NCBI GenBank assembly: GCA_938084645.1
Contig: CALKEP010000009.1
Coordinates: 29,457-93,456 of the forward strand
From: an uncultured Phycisphaerales bacterium
Lineage (GTDB): Bacteria; Planctomycetota; Phycisphaerae; Phycisphaerales; SM1A02
Reading direction: 5' to 3'
Length of the DNA stretch: 64,000 bases
Position 1 is the first letter of the stretch; each line of letters starts with the position of its first letter. Below are positions 60,125 to 64,000 of the stretch, in pieces. A program made the translations under genes and the position numbers. The notes under the pieces were generated by a model. It was not told the origin of the DNA and did not search any database. It was given only the letters and a program-made list of their open reading frames with translations.

Positions 60125-62987
60125 GGCGTCGAGTGCGTCGATCGATGTCTCCGTGATCGTGCCCGTGCACAACGGGGGGCCCGACCTGTCGAGATGCCTC
60201 GACGCGATTCGGGCGGCGATCGATGATTCGCACGAAGTGATCGTGGTCGACGACGCTTCGACCGACGGCGCTGTCGAATTCGCCCTCGAGTCTCGGCCAT
60301 GGATCCGCGTCATCCGCACCGGCGATTCGCCCGTCGGCCCCGGGGTCGCACGGAATCTGGCCGCGGCATCGGCGCGCGGCACCAGGCTCGTCTTCATCGA
60401 CGCCGACGTGCTGGTCCATCCGGATGCGATCGCCAGGCTGCTCGAACCGCTTCGGGCGGCGAGCCCCGACGCTTCGATCGCCGCGACGATCGGTTCCTAC
60501 GACGATCGTCCCGAGGCGCCGGGAATCGTGGCCACCTACGCGAACCTCCGGCATCATCTGGTTCATCAACACGCGCGAAATCCCGTCCCTGGTTTCTGGA
60601 CGGGCCTCGGCGCGGTTCGCCGGGATGCGTTCGATTCGATCGACGGCTTCGATGCCGCGTTCGATCGTCCCTCGATCGAGGACGTGGAGTTGGGGCTTCG
60701 ACTCAGTGCGATCGGGCGAACGGTCGAGGTCGTGCCCGAGGCGCAGGGAACGCACCTCAAGGCCTGGACCGCGATCGGCCTCTGGAAGACCGATCTCTTC
60801 GCCCGGGGGGTTCCCTGGGGGCGCGCGATCGCGACGCATCCCGAACTTGCGTCGGCGATGAACGGATCACCGAAGTCGCGGGCATCGATTCTCGCGATCT
60901 CCTTCGGGGCACTCTTCGCGCTGCTGGCGATCGCGGCCTGGTCCTCGGGCCTCGTGGTGGCGGCTGGCACCCTCGGCGTACTGGCGGTCGTCGGGCTCGG
61001 GGTTTGGGTTCGTCTCGAGTCGGAACTCTTCAGCCTCATGGCGCGACATCGGGGCCGGTGGACGGCGATCGGTGGGCTCGGCTTCCATGCGATCCATCAC
61101 CTCACCGTGCCGGCGGCCTGCCTGTTCGGCGTGATGTGCGGACGCTGGGCGGTGGAGGCGGATCGGCCGGGCGGAAAGCGAACGCGCGATGCATGGCTGC
61201 TGATCGCATGGATGCCGACGATCCTCGCGGGTCTCGTGGTGATGGTCGCGGTATTGCTCGGTCCTGTGACGATCCACGGTTGGCTGGCGGACATGGAAGC
61301 GGGGGTGCGTGGCGTGCCGATCGATGACTTCGAACCTCGATTCGACGAGCCGGCGGTCGAGCGCATCCTCGGGCGGCTCTCCGTGCTGCTGCTCCCCGCG
61401 TTGATGTTCGGTGGACTGGTTTCGTGGCTCGGTCCGGTCCGGTTGAAGAGGGGCTTGCGGGATGTCGCGTCGTGTCTTCGCGAGACGTTCCGACTCCGGC
61501 TCCGACTCGGAGTCGCGACGGGGCTGCTGGCGGCGATCCTTCTCTTCGGCGTGGTTCAGAGCGCCGTCCCGATGCGCACCGACGAGGCCGCCACCGTGAT
61601 GTCGCATGGGCTGGCGAATCCGCTCGTCATCATGGGCAACTACCAGACGACCAACAACCACATGCTGCACTCCCTGCTCGTCTGGACGAGCATCCAGTGC
61701 TTTGGAACCGAACCCTGGGCGGTGCGGCTTCCGGCGATGTTGTTCTGCCTTGCCTGCGTTCCGCTGATGGCGATCGCAGCGGCGAGGCTTCGGAGCGATC
61801 TCGCCGGGTTGATCGCGGCGACCATCTTCGTCTGCCTGCCGTCGACGCTCGAACTCGCGACCAATGCGCGGGGTTATCCGATCGTGATCGCCGCCATGCT
61901 GGGGATGATCGCCCTGCTTCCGAAGTTGGACGGTGATCGGCCCGGTGCGGGGTTCCTCTTCGCGGTGGCCGGTGCCGTGGGGCTGATGGCCGTTCCGGTC
62001 ATGGTGTATCCACTCGGACTGCTCTACAGCGGACTGTTCATCGGCCGCTGGCGGAGCGGCGGATTCGCCAAGGCGTTGCAGTGCGTGCCGCTCGCCACAC
62101 TGACCGTGCTGGTCGCAGCGACCTGGTATCTGCCGGCGTGGATCGCGACGCCGGATGGCGGACCGGTCGCGACGGTCGTTCGCTACCTGCCGGTGGCGAG
62201 AGAGGGCGGCTGGACGCTCGGCGCGGAACTCGACAAGCTCGGGTACTGGATCGGGTTGGCGTGGACGCAGTGGATCTGGCCGGCTGGCGGAATCGCAGCG
62301 CTGTTCGTGATCGTCCCGATCGCGATCTCGATCCTCGTGGGTCTGTTCCGCGGTGGCCCGGTCGGCATGCTCGCGGCAGGGATGCTCCTCGGTCCCGCGA
62401 CGGTCTTCGCGATCACGGGCTTCGGCCCGCCGCCCTGGTGGACCATGGTGTGGGTACCGCCGGCGCTGATCGTCATGATCGCGGTGGGTTTCCCGTGGCC
62501 GAACCGCTTGAATCGAACCGAACCGGACGTGACGTCGACCGGCTCCTCATCACGGTCGTTTCCAAGGACCTGGAGCGTCGTCGCCATCGTCGTGGCGACG
62601 AGTTCGGTCTGCTTGATGTCTCCGGATCGCTTCGCACGCGACTATCCGAATCGCGTCTGGATCGCGGATGCCGGGCCGGTGGCGGCATGGTTCATGACGC
62701 AGGATTTCGAGGCCGGAAGCGTGCGTGCGATCGGGGTGGCGCATGGTCCGGTCAACTACGAAATTCATCGTCGGTCCGGCTTGCTGCGGCCGGTGGAGAT
62801 CGCGAAGGGACCGCTCGAGGATTCGCAGCTCCCGGTACGCCTGCTCTCGCCCCTCCCGAAGGATGATTCCGTGGCCGAGTCGTACCCTCGGCGGTTCCTC
62901 GGCCGTCGTGATGATCTGGAGCTCGTCGATCAAGCGGTCGTCGGCGGGGTGCTCGTCCGGACGTACGATCGCATGGGACGGCCATGA
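60114..62987 (+). CDS. GT2 glycosyltransferase fused to a GT-C (PMT/ArnT-like) membrane domain
   Basis: SVIVPVHN, VVDDASTD, ARN, FIDAD, IEDVELG; then TM region with TDEAAT, NNHML, AVRLPA, NARGY. Confidence 0.82.
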   Translation: MAAEASSASIDVSVIVPVHNGGPDLSRCLDAIRAAIDDSHEVIVVDDASTDGAVEFALESRPWIRVIRTGDSPVGPGVARNLAAASARGTRLVFIDADVLVHPDAIARLLEPLRAASPDASIAATIGSYDDRPEAPGIVATYANLRHHLVHQHARNPVPGFWTGLGAVRRDAFDSIDGFDAAFDRPSIEDVELGLRLSAIGRTVEVVPEAQGTHLKAWTAIGLWKTDLFARGVPWGRAIATHPELASAMNGSPKSRASILAISFGALFALLAIAAWSSGLVVAAGTLGVLAVVGLGVWVRLESELFSLMARHRGRWTAIGGLGFHAIHHLTVPAACLFGVMCGRWAVEADRPGGKRTRDAWLLIAWMPTILAGLVVMVAVLLGPVTIHGWLADMEAGVRGVPIDDFEPRFDEPAVERILGRLSVLLLPALMFGGLVSWLGPVRLKRGLRDVASCLRETFRLRLRLGVATGLLAAILLFGVVQSAVPMRTDEAATVMSHGLANPLVIMGNYQTTNNHMLHSLLVWTSIQCFGTEPWAVRLPAMLFCLACVPLMAIAAARLRSDLAGLIAATIFVCLPSTLELATNARGYPIVIAAMLGMIALLPKLDGDRPGAGFLFAVAGAVGLMAVPVMVYPLGLLYSGLFIGRWRSGGFAKALQCVPLATLTVLVAATWYLPAWIATPDGGPVATVVRYLPVAREGGWTLGAELDKLGYWIGLAWTQWIWPAGGIAALFVIVPIAISILVGLFRGGPVGMLAAGMLLGPATVFAITGFGPPPWWTMVWVPPALIVMIAVGFPWPNRLNRTEPDVTSTGSSSRSFPRTWSVVAIVVATSSVCLMSPDRFARDYPNRVWIADAGPVAAWFMTQDFEAGSVRAIGVAHGPVNYEIHRRSGLLRPVEIAKGPLEDSQLPVRLLSPLPKDDSVAESYPRRFLGRRDDLELVDQAVVGGVLVRTYDRMGRP

Positions 62988-63115
62988 CGGAAGGGGCATG
63001 AGGGCCGACGCCGCGGATTCCATGCTGGATCGAGGCGGTGAATCGGACGATCCGCCCCCCTTGCCCGCCACTCGGGCCTCGGCTATTCTGTCTGGTCCCG
63101 TTGCAACGGGAATTC

Positions 63116-63189
63116 GGGCCATTGGCGCAGTTGGCTAGCGCGCTTGTATGACACACAAGAGGTCACTGGTTCAAATCCAGTATGGCCCA
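63116..63189 (+). tRNA. tRNA-Val (anticodon GAC)
   Basis: GGGCCAT/ATGGCCC acceptor stem, anticodon arm CTTGT-AT GAC AC-ACAAG, T-arm ACTGG TTCAAAT CCAGT; CCA not encoded. Confidence 0.96.
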
Positions 63190-63197
63190 CCTGACGA

Positions 63198-63245
63198 CGA
63201 ACCCCGCCACCGGCTTCCAGGCCGGCGGCGGGGTTCGCTCGTTTT
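63198..63245 (+). terminator. Rho-independent terminator after tRNA-Val(GAC)
   Basis: CGAACCCCGCCACCGGC / GCCGGCGGCGGGGTTCG stem followed by CTCGTTTT. Confidence 0.7.
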
Positions 63246-63347
63246 CCCCGGCGTGTCTCATTCGTGCGGCCGGGGGTGGTCGTGGGGAAACGCCCTCGGT
63301 CGCGGTGGCGGGGTATCGGCCCTGTTGTTTCGCCATTCACCGACAGG

Positions 63348-63713
63348 TGGCAGGGCGGCTCGGCCGAAGAAAACGGCGGCGGGATGTACAGCTGGTCCTC
63401 CAGCAGCCCGACCCTGGCCGACTGCACCCTTTGCGAGAACGTGCCCGATCAGATCGATGGATTCTGGACTGACGCCGGGGGCAACTGCGTCATGTTCGAC
63501 GCGATGTCGTGCGACGACTGTGATCCTCCTTCCGACGCCTGCCCGACCGACCTCGGCCGGAACGGCATCACGGACGGCGGCGACCTCGGCGCTTTCTTCG
63601 TCCACTGGGGTGACTGCCAGGTGGAGGATTGCCCCGCCGACTTCAATGACGACGAAGTCGTCGACGGCATCGATCTGGGCATCCTGTTTTCGGCCTGGGG
63701 CCCGTGCCAGTGA
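63348..63713 (+). pseudogene. 3' remnant of a secreted beta-helix protein with two C-terminal dockerin-like (EF-hand-type) repeats
   Basis: NGGGMYS..SSPTLADCTLCEN.PDQIDG.WTDAGGN, then CPTDLGRNGITDGGDLG..WG and CPADFNDDEVVDGIDLG..WGPC; no credible start or signal peptide. Confidence 0.65.
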
Positions 63714-63748
63714 GCGACTGAATCGATCAGACACCAGCAACAAACGAA

Positions 63749-63782
63749 CGCCGCACCCATGACGGGTGCGGCGGCTTTTTTC
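63749..63782 (+). terminator. Rho-independent terminator
   Basis: CGCCGCACCC-ATGAC-GGGTGCGGCG followed by GCTTTTTT. Confidence 0.75.
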
Positions 63783-64000
63783 TTACCCCACTGCAGAATG
63801 CCGCGAGACCGGCGGGCTTCACTCGGGGCGTTCAGGTTTCGAGACGCCGCCTTCGGCACACGAGGCCGGATGTTTTCGGTAGCATCCGCCGACTATTTTC
63901 ATCGATCCGAGGCATCTGGAGAAACGGCATGTGCTCACCCATCATCATGGCCGAGGTCGATCGCGTCATCGCGGATCGGCGTCGATTTCTGAAGACCGCA

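Overview
High-GC bacterial chromosomal segment, most likely Planctomycetota (Phycisphaerales-like). This is inferred from the L28 sequence style, a CPADFN-type dockerin-like repeat protein and several conserved-looking hypothetical families. It is mostly housekeeping: pheA, ubiE/menG, tilS, gmhA, hrpA, gabD, dnaG-rpoD, rpmB, tig/clpX, a type III glutamine synthetase, gltX and two tRNA-Val genes. A surface-glycan locus lies near the right end (kinase-like gene, wzm/wzt, nucleotidyltransferase, flavoprotein, GT2-GT-C fusion). The most notable element is a compact four-gene type VII secretion-like operon at 29282-34338 (-): two small WXG100-like proteins with a WRD motif, a helical 203-aa protein and a membrane-anchored FtsK/SpoIIIE ATPase, in a diderm lineage and with no other T7SS membrane components nearby. 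Other oddities: a POT transporter carrying pseudopilin (GspG)-like segments, an amidohydrolase that has lost all metal ligands, a trio of CxxC redox paralogues, an Fe-S-less (6-4) photolyase-type protein, repeated leaderless-type promoters and a truncated dockerin-like gene after a tRNA. No CRISPR array, rRNA, transposase or integrase was seen. All calls come from motif recognition by eye; start codons are best estimates.
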